Source of the DNA: Blasia pusilla
Lineage: Eukaryota
Length of the DNA stretch: 64,000 nt
Reading direction: 5' to 3'
NCBI GenBank assembly: GCA_050084515.1
Contig: CM114271.1
Coordinates: 38,626,001-38,690,000, forward strand
Below the pieces are notes generated by a model. It made no database searches and was not told where the DNA came from. It worked only from the letters and a program-made list of their open reading frames with translations. The first letter of the stretch is position 1. The number at the start of each line of letters is the position of its first letter. The position numbers and the translations under genes were made by a program. Positions 11,345-24,387 of this stretch are shown one piece after another.

Positions 11345-14300
11345 TTGTAAGAACCATATGTTATCTACAACCTTAATAAGATATGTAGCGAGGAATGAGA
11401 ATTATAAACCCTAAAGCCCAACTCTTGTAGGACATATGTAATCTTGCTATACCAAGCTCTTGGAGCTTGCTTAAGCTTGCATATGTGGAATGGATACTTT
11501 AGATGCTCATATCCATGTGGTGGAGTCATGTATACCTCCTCATATAGATCTCCATTCAAGAAGGTATTCTTGATGTCCAGATGATGTAGTCTACACTTCT
11601 TACTTACCGCAACTGCAATTGCAACCATAGTTCTTGTAGTCGCCATCTTTGCAACAAGGCTAAACGTCTTCTTTTAATCGATGTCATATTGTTGTTATAG
11701 CCCTAGACTACTAATGTGACTTTGTATTTGTTTATTGTATCATCTTGATTGCCCTTGACTTTATAAACCCATTTGTAATCAATAGCTTCCTAATTTGAAG
11801 ATATATCAACCAACTCCCAAGCCTATTGATGTCTCAATGCAGTAAGCCCTTCCTCCATAGCTTCAATCCATTTGACCTTAATTATATGTAGCTTCTTCAA
11901 AACAACTTGGCTTTTATTCTTGAAGGATACTCATCATATATGCAAGATGTGTTGTAAGGAATCCTTCATTTATGAATCTACAAACATCATGTGTGATCTA
12001 CTTTATCTATAAAGTTTTTTTTCACATTTGGAATGCTGCTAACATCCTACTTGAGCTCGACTAGTGTCAATAGACTAAATACATACTTTTCCCAACTATG
12101 GATTGATAGATTTAACTAAAGAATCTAGGACGTTTCATAATCCTACACAAGTATCTGAAGAATTCATAGGCAATGTCTGTTGGATTATAGACTTATTCTC
12201 CTCCTCAACATACAAGTTTAGAGATGGAATAGGCTCAGATGGAACATACCATGACTTCAACTCATCAAAAATAACATCGTGACTAATAATAAGCGGCTTA
12301 GAGGAGGCAACATATCACTTATATCCCTTAATTCCATCAACATAGTCAATGAAGACATAATTTTCATATTTGGGATCTAATTTCTGACTTTTTTACAAAG
12401 GAACAAAGAATATAACTAAATCCTAACAACCGAAGAATTTCAAGAATGAAAATCAGATTTTTCTACTAATAAAAACGAAGAAGATAGGTTAAAATCCTAG
12501 TTTCCTGAGTAGTGAGATAGTGAGGAGCTGCAACGGTCGCGCATTCTTGTATGTCGAGTTATTTCCATGTTTAGGTTCCATCGAAGCTTTTATGTGAGGG
12601 CACGGACGGACGAGACCACTTTGTATCTCTAAGTTTTATAAAGATTTTGTGATTTGGTCACTTTGTGTTTTCTCACAAGAGAAATAGTCGGAAGCCGTTG
12701 CGGTAGCACATTCACGTATGTCGAGTTATCTCCATGTTCAGGTTCCATCGAAGCTCTTATGTGAGCGCACGGATGGACTAGGCCATTTTGTATCTTCAAG
12801 TTTTATAAAAGATTTCAATGATTTTGTTACTTTCTATTTTCTCACATGGTATCAAAGTAGTAGGTTTTCCAATATTTTATATCTGGAGATCTATTGTGTT
12901 TACACAAAATCTTGAGAGATAGCTACTTCTTCGTCAATTCGTGCTCACCCTCCTTTCTTGGGTGAAGGGAAGTTAGATTGGTCTAACTATGCATTGTGGA
13001 AGTTCAAAATGAGAACCGTCCTCGAATCATTTGAGATCTGGAAGACGGCCACAAGGTCGATTCGAATCCCCAAGCTTCTTTGAGTTCAGCACATTCATCT
13101 TTATTTTGTGATATTGATAATATTATATTGCTGGCATGGAAATGCAAAAACGCTGATGCTCTATGTGCGATTGTCACGAATGTAACTGATTTTATCATGA
13201 CTCTTATTCAACATACGACCATTGTTGTTGAGGCGTGGAACATTATGAAGAATCAGTATGAAATGAGGAATGAGACTTGGATTCAAAATCTAGAGAATCA
13301 GCTTACATCCAAGAAATTTGTAGAAGGAGAAAGCGCAGAGCAATTTTTAACAAGGATCAAGAATCTTCAAGATCTGATGGCGTTTGTAGGAATTTCATAG
13401 TCTAGCGAAGATTTTGCACATCGTTGCATAAGGATTTTGCCTCCGAAGTATGATAATTTTGTCACTACATTGAATACTTAAGTAAGACCCACGCCGCTTA
13501 CTTTTGAACAATTCAGTGCAATGTTAGTAGAAAAGGAAATACGCTTCAAAGCAAGAGAGGGTAGTGATGTAGCATTTATTGCCAACGTATAGAGAGGTAG
13601 AAATCATAATTACAGTTCAAATGTCAAGAAGAAATTTCCAAGGAAAGCCTTCAAATTCTTTTATTGTGGTAAGCTATGTCATCTTATCAAAGATTGTAGA
13701 AAGAGGAGTCAAGATAAGAAGAACGGTTGTTTAAGACCTAAGGAGGAGTCTGGAAATTATGTAGGATTAGGAGAACACGAGGTAGATGCTTGGGTAACAA
13801 TCGAAGAGTTTTGCACATAGGCAGAACATTCCACTAAGTCAAAGAGTGAAGATGCATGGGTGCACAATAGTGGAGCATCTAGGCATATGACCAATCATAC
13901 AGATTGGTATAAGTTCTTACAACCTCTACAGGAGCCCATCGTTGTTACTGTTGGGAATAATGCAAAGTGCCCTATAGAATAAAAAGACACAATTCCTTTA
14001 GTCTCACAAAAAGGAGATGAAAAAAAGTAAACTGATGTACTGTACGTACCAGAGTTGAAGCGCAATTTGATTTCAGTAGTAGTATTATGTGATCGTGACT
14101 TAGAAGTTTGTTTCAAGAAAACTGGAGCAGTCATTGAGGATGCCAATGGGAAAGTAGTGGATGAAGGTATACGATGTGGAAATATATACGAGTTGTATGA
14201 TTTCACGACAATTGTAGGTACATATCTTAGTAGTAGTAAGTTGTGGCATGAAAGATTTGGTCAGCTAAGCTTTCCCTTACTAAGTCAAATGCAAAAATTT

Positions 14301-17300
14301 TGCATGGTTGCTAATTTACCAATAATTTATGGAGTGTTGGATACATGTGAAGCAGTTATGATGGGCAAGCAATACCGAAAATCATTTCCACAAGAGTCCA
14401 ACAATAGAGCAAAGGCTCCTCTAGAGCTGATACATGCTGACCTCTGTGGTAAAATGAGAACAGTGGCATTAGGTGGTTCTTCCTACTTCTTTTTAGTTAT
14501 CGACGATTAGAGTAGGAAGATGTGTGTGTATTTCTTTCGTGATATAATTTTGGAAAATTTAAAGTATGACACGAGCTAGTTGAGAATGAGACAGGAAAGA
14601 AGGTACAAAGCTTCCCACCGATCGAGGAGGAGAAATCTTATCAACAAAATTCAACAAATATTTGGGGGAGCATAGAATCAAGCGACAGTTAACCACGACA
14701 CATACACCATAATAAAATGGAATTGTTGAGCGTCAAAACCGTACAGTGGTGGAGATGGCAAGATGTATGATGAAAGAAAAAGGTTTGACAAAAGGATTTT
14801 GGGCTGAAGTTGTAAATACTGCCATTTACATTCTACATAGAAGTGCTACCAAGTCAATGCAAGGCATGAATCCTCATCAATCATACTCAAGTAAGATACC
14901 ATCAGTCCAACATTACAAGACTTTTTGTAGTGATCGAGTGCTTTGTACATATTCTTGAAGCATCCAAGACCAAGCTAGAGTCCAAGAGCAGGAAGTACAT
15001 CTTCATGGGATACAGTGATGAGTCTAAAGCTTATCGCCTATGGAGTCGTGAGGCAAAGAAGATGCTTGTGAGTCGTGATGTGGTGTTCCAAGAATAGCCT
15101 TGTCAAGTGGCAGATATTAGTGGTCCATCCATATTATCATCAAACAAAGAGATAACCCACCAGAGCACACCATCAATGTTAACATCAGATCATCAAGAAG
15201 AATAATTTGGTGATGATTACAAAGAGCAGCTTGCTCTTCCACTGCGGTCGTCATACCCTAAGTGGATAAAGCAGCTCTTGGATGGTAAGGATCTACCAAC
15301 AATTGATGAAGTTGTTACACATCCAAGGAGATCCAAGAGACGAGAGGAGCAGAATAAAGGTTCCGCACATATTGTCAGCATGGCCTTGATGATAGAGGTC
15401 TTGAAAGTGGAAGAGTCATCATGCTTGGATGAGGCCCTTGCTCATCCTCAATGAAGAGAGGCTATGCAAATGGAGATGGACGCTATTCAAAAAAATGAAA
15501 CTTGGACTTTGGTTGAGAAGCCAAAGGACAGGAAGATAATACGTACAAAGTGGATGTACAAGACCAAGTACAAGTCAGATGGTACATTGGATAAATTCAA
15601 AGAGAGGTTGGTTGCACAAGGATGTTCACAAATCAAAGATTTTGATTACTATGAGACTTTTGCTCATACTACAAGGATGAAAACCATTCAAATTTTTCTA
15701 GCGGTGGCAGGAACAAGACGTTGGCATATATACCAATACGATGTGAAGTCTGCCTTTCTGAATGAGAGCCTCGAGGAGGAGGTGTATTTATCTCAACCAC
15801 CGGGTTTTGAGACACCCGAATCAGAAGATAAAGTGTGTTTGCTTCATCGAGCATTGTATGGGTTGAAGCAAGCCCCAAGGGTGTGGTATCAACAAATAGA
15901 TACATTCTTCCGAGAGAAGGGTCTTATTAAGAGTCCGTCAAAAGCAAATTTGTATGTGTTTTGCAAAGATGGGATGTATATGTTGATAGTCATGTATGTG
16001 GAAGATTTGATCATCATAGGAGACCATAGTAAGAAAATAGAGGAAATGAAGGGAGTGTTGAAATCTAAGTTTGAAATGTCATATTTAGGTCTTTTGCACT
16101 ACTTTATAGGGCTAGAGATTTGGCAATAGTCACATTCTATTTTTCTCTCTTAGGAAAAATATGCTAGAGAAATCTTGAAGGCATTCAGGATGACCGAGTG
16201 TAAGGCAGTGGTCTCGCCAATGGAGATAGAGTTGAAACTCTCAATGGAGGATGTTTCATCATTGGTAGATTAAAAGTTATACAGAAAGCTTGTAGGCAGT
16301 TTCATATTTTTGTGCAACACTAGACCAGATATTAGCTTCGCCGTAGGAATGTTGAGTAGGTTCTCAACTAAGCCTCATGAGAACCATTGGAAGGCAAGGA
16401 TGCGTGTGTTGAAGTACATTAAAGGCACTATCAAGTACGTCATCACCTACGAGTAGGGACGAAAATGAAAACCTTTTGTGACTTGGATTGGGCAGAAGAT
16501 TCAGATTCTCGGAGATCGGTTTCGGGTTATTGCTTCTTGGTAGGATCAGGTGTGGTGTCATGGATCAGCAAGAAGCAACCTAAAGTGGCTCTTTCTTCTA
16601 TGGAGGAAGAGTACAAGGCGGCTTGTTATGCTTCTTGTGAAGCAGTATGGTTGAGATGGATATTGGAGGACATAAGAGAAGCATTAGAAAGTGCTACTGT
16701 AATGTAGTATGACAATCAGAGTTGCATTGCCATAACACATAATCGTGTGTTTCACGCTTGTACGAAGCACATAGAGATCCAATATCATTTTGTTCGTGAT
16801 TTGATTGAGAGAGAGGTTTTGAAGTTAGTATATTATCCAACAGAGGATAACTGTGTAGACATCTTCACGAAATCTTTGAGCGGAGATCAGCTTCATCGAC
16901 ATCTGAAGGATCTTGGCATCGGTCTAAGTGAGTAGTCCATATGAGAGTGGATATTGAAGGGGGGAGAGGAGGGATGGGGGTTGGATTCTCAACATCCATT
17001 TCTCTGAGTACCATTAATCTGATCGCCCCCCTTGTATGAGGAGTCATAGTCCATGTTCAGGTTCCATCGAAGCTGTTGTGTGAGCGCACATACAGACTAG
17101 GCCACTTTGTACTCCAAGTTTTGTAAAAGATTTCAATGATTCTATCCCTTTATGTTTTCTCATAAATTACACATTGGGAATTTTCTTCTCATTCAACATA
17201 GTATATCATTGCGTCAACAATATATCAATTCTTCCACTCAACCACTTCATTTTGTTGTGGAATATAATGGCAAGTCATTTTTCTTTGGATGCCATTTTCA

Positions 17301-19156
17301 CATAAGTAATCATTAAACTCTGTTGAAAGATATCCTTCTCCTCCATCACAACACAATTTAAGAATATGTTGTCAAATTTGCTCCTCTACCATAATTATGA
17401 ATGTTTGGAACATTGAGAATACTTTTGACTTTGCTTTCATAAAGTATACCCACATATATCTAGAGAAGTTATGAATAAATGAAACAAAGTATTGGAAACC
17501 ATTAAGGCTGTGTTGTGATATTGTCCACATATCATTGTGAATCAACTCCAATATCTTAAATGCTCTTCTATCTTGCTTTAAAAATGGAAATATAACTTAT
17601 TTTCCAAATTGGAAAATCACCATCACCACCTTCTAATTGTGTCTAGTACTGGTTTACAGTTGATTGAGTGAAGTTATGTTAAGTGTCTCTTCCTCCATAT
17701 GTTTCATATCCATCACGATCACGGAAGCTTCTATCATGATCTCTGTCTTTATTTGATCCATTACTTACAAATAGCGCAATCTCTTGTATACTAGTTAGGC
17801 GAGCTAGTGTCTCCGACTAGGCACATCTCCTCACTAATTAACAACACGACTAACTCTTGAAAAATTGGACAGTTATATCTCATAGACAAAAAGATCTCAA
17901 AGGACTTCTAATCTTTTATAAGCCCTTGAAAAATGAACAAAATCATATCATTATCTTTTAAAATAACTCCAATGCTATTCAACAGATCAAAAATATGAAT
18001 GATACTTAAAACATCGTAATTTTTGCTTTACAGTACTTTCTTTTATTTGTTTAATTTTTGTTTCAATTGAAACTTTCTAGCCTTTGTAGATGTCTTGAAA
18101 AACTTTTCCAATGCATCCCCCATCTCCTTCGTAATCTTAACATCTTAAATGTGACCAATCATTCGTGAATTGATTGTTGTTTAAATATAGTGGATTTCTT
18201 ATCTTGCGCATTTGTTCTAGGTATCATGAGTCACCTTTTGGTTTGGCCTCATCATTTACAACAAGCTCCCATAGTTTTTGATCCTTGAGAAATCGCTTCA
18301 CGCGAAACCTCCCAGACATTATAATTGTGCTTATGTAGCTTCTCACCTCTAATTGTTGTTGAGGAATATGCCATGAAGAACGATTTTACTTACAAAACAT
18401 AATTTCAAGCTCTCAATTGCTCCAATTGAAGCATAAACCACTCCTACATGGAAATTGACTTGAAATTTTGCAAAATTGACCAATTGTGTGGAATAACTAG
18501 TCAAACTTTGCCTCACTAATTGCGCTTTCCTATACTAAAATTGTTATTGAAGGAGCTCAAAATGTCATAATCAAAGAAATTTGGAAGCTTTCTACAAGAA
18601 AGTTAGAGTTGGCCTTTGGGATTTTTCTGACTGATGCGGACCTACATTGTTGAATTAACCAAGAAAGCCCTAAAAATTGCCTACAAAGTCTTGCCACCTT
18701 CACAACTCCATCCAAAATCTGATCTCACTGAACTCTCACTAAATTTTCATTATCCCAAACTCAAACTATGCCTTCTCTTACCTCTCGTCTCTCCTAAAAC
18801 ACCAAGAAATTGAAGTGATATTTTCTTATCGCTCTGATATCATGTAGAAAAACACTAAAAAAGCACAACTAATGGGGTACGACACTGTCATACACATACA
18901 CCACCATGGAGCCAAAATTTTGGAACAAGAGAATGAATGGAGGATGATCCCCTTTTTTATTATATACGGTATGTACAAGGAATCCTAACCCTAATCCTAA
19001 TCATAGTCTCGAGTTATACTAATTATGGTTAACTCATCCTAGTTAAGATAATCGTGCTTAACTAACTACACAAGATTAAGCTTGACTATTTCGTGTAAGT
19101 ACCAAATGTAGCAATTCTGATATCCAATAAGCTTCAATTTAACTTAGTCTTTAATA
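11345..19156 (-). mobile_element. Ty1/copia family A, copy 1 (degenerate, 3'-truncated, interrupted by a family-B copia)
   Basis: 5' LTR 18843-19156; PBS TGATATCAGAGC 18831-18842; gag and integrase remnants 17165-18370 with an internal deletion near 17620; RT fragment LHHLDIKNTFLNGDLYEEVYM and LKQAPRAWY at 11365-11646. Confidence 0.88.
12467..17164 (+). mobile_element. Ty1/copia family B element nested in the family A copy (near full-length, pseudogenised)
   Basis: 5' LTR ends ..CACA at 12846; PBS TGGTATCAAAG 12847-12857; gag (SNYALWKFKM), zinc knuckle (YCGKLCHLIKDC), protease (NSGASRHM), integrase (LELIHADLCG), RT 15464-16129, RNase H to 16935; PPT about 16957-16980; 3' LTR about 16979-17164. 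Many stop codons. Confidence 0.93.
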
Positions 19157-19454
19157 CTATGAATATTTATTGCAAGAGCGAGGGCCCAATGAGCTACACC
19201 TACAACTTGTGATGGAAGGCAAGGCAAGGCAGGTGGAGCAATAATGAGGGAGGGAGTTGAGATGGAGGAATGAAGAAATGGGAAAGTGCGGAACATGAAG
19301 GCAAATGGGGGGATGAGAAAGGGGATGTGGGACTACATGGACAAGTCCTTCCATAAGACGGACATAAGTCCACGGGACATAGACTTTGTCCACCTGCAAT
19401 CTTGTTGATTTACTTGAATGTACATAAAACTTCTCCTAGTTGTGGTTGAGCCAT

Positions 19455-21990
19455 TATGACATCCTTACCTACAATGAGTGGGTAAAATGCTACTTACTAC
19501 TTCCTAGACTCCCTTTTTATACTCCTACGTCCTTCCCTTAAGAGGTGAAAACTTTTCTAATCAACTTCTTACCTACTCGATTCTTAATACCTAACTAGAT
19601 TGAATTTTCTCCTATATGTAGTTTTGTGATTCCTTCCTATCCGTCTCCCTACAAATTTGACTCTAAAGCTTCGTATGGTCGCACTTGCACTTCTATTTAC
19701 TGTAACTGATCTAATTCGCTAACTACACGTCTTTCCCAAATATGTCTTCACAAAATAATTTTTCAAAAAATCTTCTCACAAAGTCCTCTTCAAACGTCTT
19801 TGCTCTTCATAGTTTGCAAAGTCCTCGGAACGTACTTTGTCCAAATTCGTTACAATATCTTCATAAAGTACTTTTATCTTTATCTTCTATTGTAGTCCTC
19901 TCAAGAGATCTTCATACAAAGATTTTTGTAAAAGGTCTTCGTTTTCATTCCCTTGTCTTCACAGAGATTGTAGATTATTCTTTAAGATCTTCTTAGTCTT
20001 CATGGAAGTTCTTCATTCTCTACGCATGATACATGCTTCATGACGATTGTAAAAAATCCAGTGTTTACAATCTTCTTCATAAATAGTTATTGTTTGAGCA
20101 AGTCCTAAGTCTTCGTCTTCATTCCCTTACCATATCTTTGTCCTCGTTCCTCAAAATTTGTTTGCAAAGATACGGAATCTCTCTTCGTTGCTTCTTTGGA
20201 AGAATAATGTCTTTGCAAAGACTTATTGTACAATCTTCATGAATTCTTCTCCTTTGGACCTTGACTCTAAAAGTCTTCACTAGGATTAACTTCACTATTC
20301 TTCATGAAGACTCTTCAACAAACGCTCCTTCCTAAATTTCTTTCCTACTTTGTAAAGTTCTTCTTACTAAAGTACTTTTCCCTAAACTACTTTTGACTTA
20401 CGAAAGATCTTTCTAGTCTTATATACTAACCAAAATACAACTTCTAAAAAAATCTCGACACCACAGTAACTTAAGATACTTCATAAGTTAAATATGTATA
20501 ACTCTAAAACTACACAAAAGAATAGTGCACCTCGAGGCTTCTCCTCTTCTTTTATACTTAGAGATATGTACAATGAAGACAAATTAGTTTTATCCATCTT
20601 TTTCCCATGTGGTCTCTTCTCATAGCATGACAGGATCTTATTTGATACTCTAGTGTCCTTATCTCATGTTATCATGTCTATCCATAATCCCATCCTTATC
20701 TTACTTTTTACCAACCTACGGGCTCATCCTCTTTGTTATCATTTATTCTATATTTTTAGTTGGTTATTTTCTACTTATGCGTCATATGGTATAGACCCTT
20801 ATTTTGCCATAATTAACGAAAGATGGTTACAAGCTTATGCATTATATGGTATAGACTCTAACTTAACCATGACTAACAAAGAATGGTTACAAACCTCTTC
20901 CCATTTAAGATACAACGTCCTTGTTGTCAAAACCTCCAAAGTCTTGTATTATCAATGATGTGTTGGCCAAGGGTTCCGGTGTGGCCTCAAATAATGGATA
21001 TTCTTTCCATGCCATTAGACCAACTACTTAACTCGATGATGAGTTTCTCAAGTGTGTTTCTTAAAGATGTGTTCGACTTCAAATTATTCTGGATCTCTTG
21101 CAATTCAAGGTCGTACGTCATTAAGGAATAATATTATCCTCAAATCTTTTCGTAAGTTTTAAGGATATGGTATACTCGATTAAAGAATAGAGATAGGATA
21201 CACAAGATGGACTTTCATATGCATCGGTAAATGTAACTTATATCCCACGGTGCCCATTTTTTGTAGAATGATGAAAGGTATAATATAGTAAGGATAACGC
21301 TCGTAAACACCTAATAGTGATAAGTTGGTTGTTGCTAATCAAACTTTGTCACCTTCATAAAACCTTATATCTCAACGATGAGCATCTACATGTTGTTTTT
21401 GTTGATTTTTTGCAATGTCGAACTTCTCCTTGGAAACTTTAATATTTTTTAAAAATTTGATCCATAAACTCATTAACTTCTACCATCTTTTTAGATTCCA
21501 GTATAAATTTTCCTATTCAAGTGAGATTACTCATACTATAAGGGATTAAGGGGTACTCGTAGTATATTAAAAAGAAGGATATTGATTTGGTGGAAGAGTT
21601 CATTGAGCTATTATACGAAAAATCTACCAATGGTAACAATAAGTTTCCTTCTCTTTGATCTTGCAATGTTAAGGCCCGTAGCACATCCTTAATAGTATGG
21701 TTGGTTAGTTTTCCCGTAGGTTTAAGGATGATTAGGAATATACGTGGCTATTTTAGTTCGGGATAATCCAAATAACTCATTCCAAAATAGATTGATGAAG
21801 TAAGTTCCTCTATCAATGATATACAAGTACTTTAGAAAGACACTGATATAAAAAGATTGTGTTAATATAGATCATAACCAACTTTGATGCTATGATAGTC
21901 CTTTTGGTCCAACATAGCATCAAAGGTATATTATCTTGCTAAGTCTATCCATAAAAATAACAAGCAAGTCATATCCCGTGATAATGCTTG
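19455..21990 (-). mobile_element. Decayed Ty3/gypsy chromovirus 3' half (integrase, chromodomain, PPT, long 3' LTR)
   Basis: Minus-strand remnants ELPSIITGYDLLVIFMDRLSK (integrase), IPFIILQKMGTVGYKLHLP..HLVYPISL (GPF region) and FEVEHIFK..YPLFEATPEPLAN (chromodomain, about 20960-21100). PPT 20894-20903 is followed by TGTAAC at 20891. 60-bp tandem repeat at the LTR start. LTR end near 19455 is tentative. Confidence 0.75.
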
Positions 21991-22014
21991 GTAGCTCATA
22001 AAAAAGATATAGAG

Positions 22015-22906
22015 TTGGTGATTGTAGAACTGGGTTCATGAATGGCTCTCTAAAATGGCAAACTAGATAACAAGAAAATAAATATTTATCTACGAAGAGG
22101 ACCTTAACGTGGTACTGATTAAGAAAAAGGGAAGTCATGTACCTCTTGTGGTCCATCCCTATCCATGATTGGCAGCCATCCTCTATCCTCCTCTCTTCCT
22201 CCACGAAAATATAGGTTATGGGTTGTCGCTATACATATTCCGTCGAATTCACAGAAGACAAATTTTCCAAAATCAATCTACATTGGTTTATCTCTAACTC
22301 TACAAAAATGGATTATGGCCAAGTTTTTTTTCCAAGAAGGATAATTTACTCTCATGGAAGAGTAACCAAGTCCAAATCCATCAATTATCTCAAGAATGAC
22401 AGAGGGAACTCTTCTAAGATAACAAGTCTTTCCAAAATAGTCAACTCCATACTTATTAGACTCTACACATTTTCAAGAATATATCATGACCAAATCATTC
22501 TCCCAAGAGGGATAATCCATTCTCATTGGAAGATCAAGTCCAATACCATCCATTCAAGAATGGCAAGGGAAAATCGAGAAATGAAATTTAAGGTAGTAAA
22601 CCCTTGAACGTTCCTACTCTTTATATACTCGTAAAGGATCCACAAAAGTAAAAATGAGGCTTATCTTATCTTGTGCCATATGGCTTTCTCTCAAGGCTTA
22701 GCCAATCCCCTTTTGACATAAACATGTTATCTCTTTGTAAATGAACCATCATAAACCCAACCCATATTTTCCCAAATACCCTATCCTTGACTTCTTCACC
22801 AACCATACGATTTTAGTTTTATTTTCATTCATACACAAACCCACTACTTTAATTATATATCTCCCATTATTCATTTGGGAACTTTTTTCCTAAAGTTGGG
22901 CCCGCA
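22015..22906 (-). repeat. LTR-like repeat starting TGCGGGCCCAACTTTAGG (copy 1)
   Basis: Reverse complement aligns with 23617-24387. TATA-like GTATATAAAG about 280 bp from the start. Confidence 0.75.
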
Positions 22907-23616
22907 AAATTGAGACAACATTAATATGTTTAAACATGAAACTTTATTTTTCTAAGCTAAACACTTAATCATCCTTTATATAAACTCTCTCTAATATTAA
23001 TAAGAGTGAAATAGATATGTTAGATCGTTTTACTACACGACATCATACCTTGCTAGAAAGTGATAAATCTCCACTAACTATCGCGGGAGATGTTGATGAA
23101 TTGTTAGGGAAAGTGGATGGATTTGCAAGAGTGTATGATGATCATAAGCTCATAATTGTGAAAGGACCATAAATGGGAGATTGTATGAATGATGCACATA
23201 CGTCTATCTTGAAGAGAATACACATTAGAATCATCCTTGTGGGTTTGACGGACACAACTTGCAATGCTTGTGAAATTGTTCTTATAATGCTAAGTTTGGG
23301 TGTGATGATCATTATAATACTCACTAGTGGAAAAATTATTTTATGAAATGAAGAATTACATTATGTATCTCGTGTCCATTACAATTAGGACCAAGACAAG
23401 TTTCATTCGAGCGTCAAGGGTCTACTTAAGAATGTGTAATTGAAAATAGTTTGACTAGTAATATAATAAGACTTGGCACGTTGTCGTATAGTAAAATCAG
23501 CCAGTGTGTAAACTCCTTCCTCATTAAGTGTTAGATAGAGTTTTTATTAATATTAAGTAAATTAGCTTAGGAAAAGGAAATTCCCATGTTTAAACCTTTT
23601 TATGGTGCCTCTTTTA

Positions 23617-24387
23617 TACGGGCCCAACTTTAGGAAAAGAGGTAATAGATTAAAAATGACTTTATAAAAGTAAAGTAATGAGGTTGGTGCTTTAATGAAA
23701 AGAAAAAATAGTATTGGTTAGTGACTAGGATAGTTGGGGTAATTTAGAAAATATCAAGTGGATAAAAGAGGATATTTTGGAAGAGATAAGAAGAAATCTA
23801 CTTGTGTCAAAATGTGATTGGCTAAGCCTTGAGAGGAAGCCATGTGGCACAAGATAAGATTAGCTCTATTTCGTACTCTTGTGGATCCCTTGTGAGTATA
23901 TAAAGAGGAGGGACCTTCAAGGGTTTATCACCTTCTACTTCACATATTGAGTCTCTCGTGCCACTCTTGAATGTATGGCTTTGGGATTGCTTGCTCTTTG
24001 AATGAGAGTGGATCACCCATCTTAGGTGAGTAACTTGACCATGGTCTATTTCTGCGAGAGGTTTCTAGAGTGTGGTGTGTGTGGAGTTGAGAGGCTTATC
24101 ACCTTAGATGAGTTTAGTCATACTAAAATATTGAATGTTTTGGCTTGTTATTTTCCCAATGAGAGTTGATTACCCCTCTTGGGAGAATAATTTCGCCAAA
24201 ACCCATTCTTGAGGAGAGTAGAAAATGTTTGTCAAGCATGGATAGGAATGGAGCACGAGTTATGCATGACATTCCTTTCCTCAATCCTTACCATGTCAAG
24301 GTACTCTTTGTACATAGGCATCGGTTTACTCGCTATTTAATTTATCACTTTGGGGAGACGTTCATGAACCAAGTCATGCAATCTCCA
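23617..24387 (+). repeat. LTR-like repeat starting TACGGGCCCAACTTTAGG (copy 2, inverted relative to copy 1)
   Basis: Shares GATTGGCTAAGCCTTGAGAG, GGCACAAGATAAGAT, GTATATAAAGAG and the downstream coding-like region with 22015-22906. Confidence 0.75.

Noticed and set aside
13055-13075. TTCGAATCCC resembling a tRNA T-loop
   Set aside because: It lies within copia gag and no cloverleaf can be formed.
23322-23335. CACTAGTGGAAAAA as a CACTA terminus
   Set aside because: No partner TIR, 3-bp TSD or subterminal repeats found nearby.
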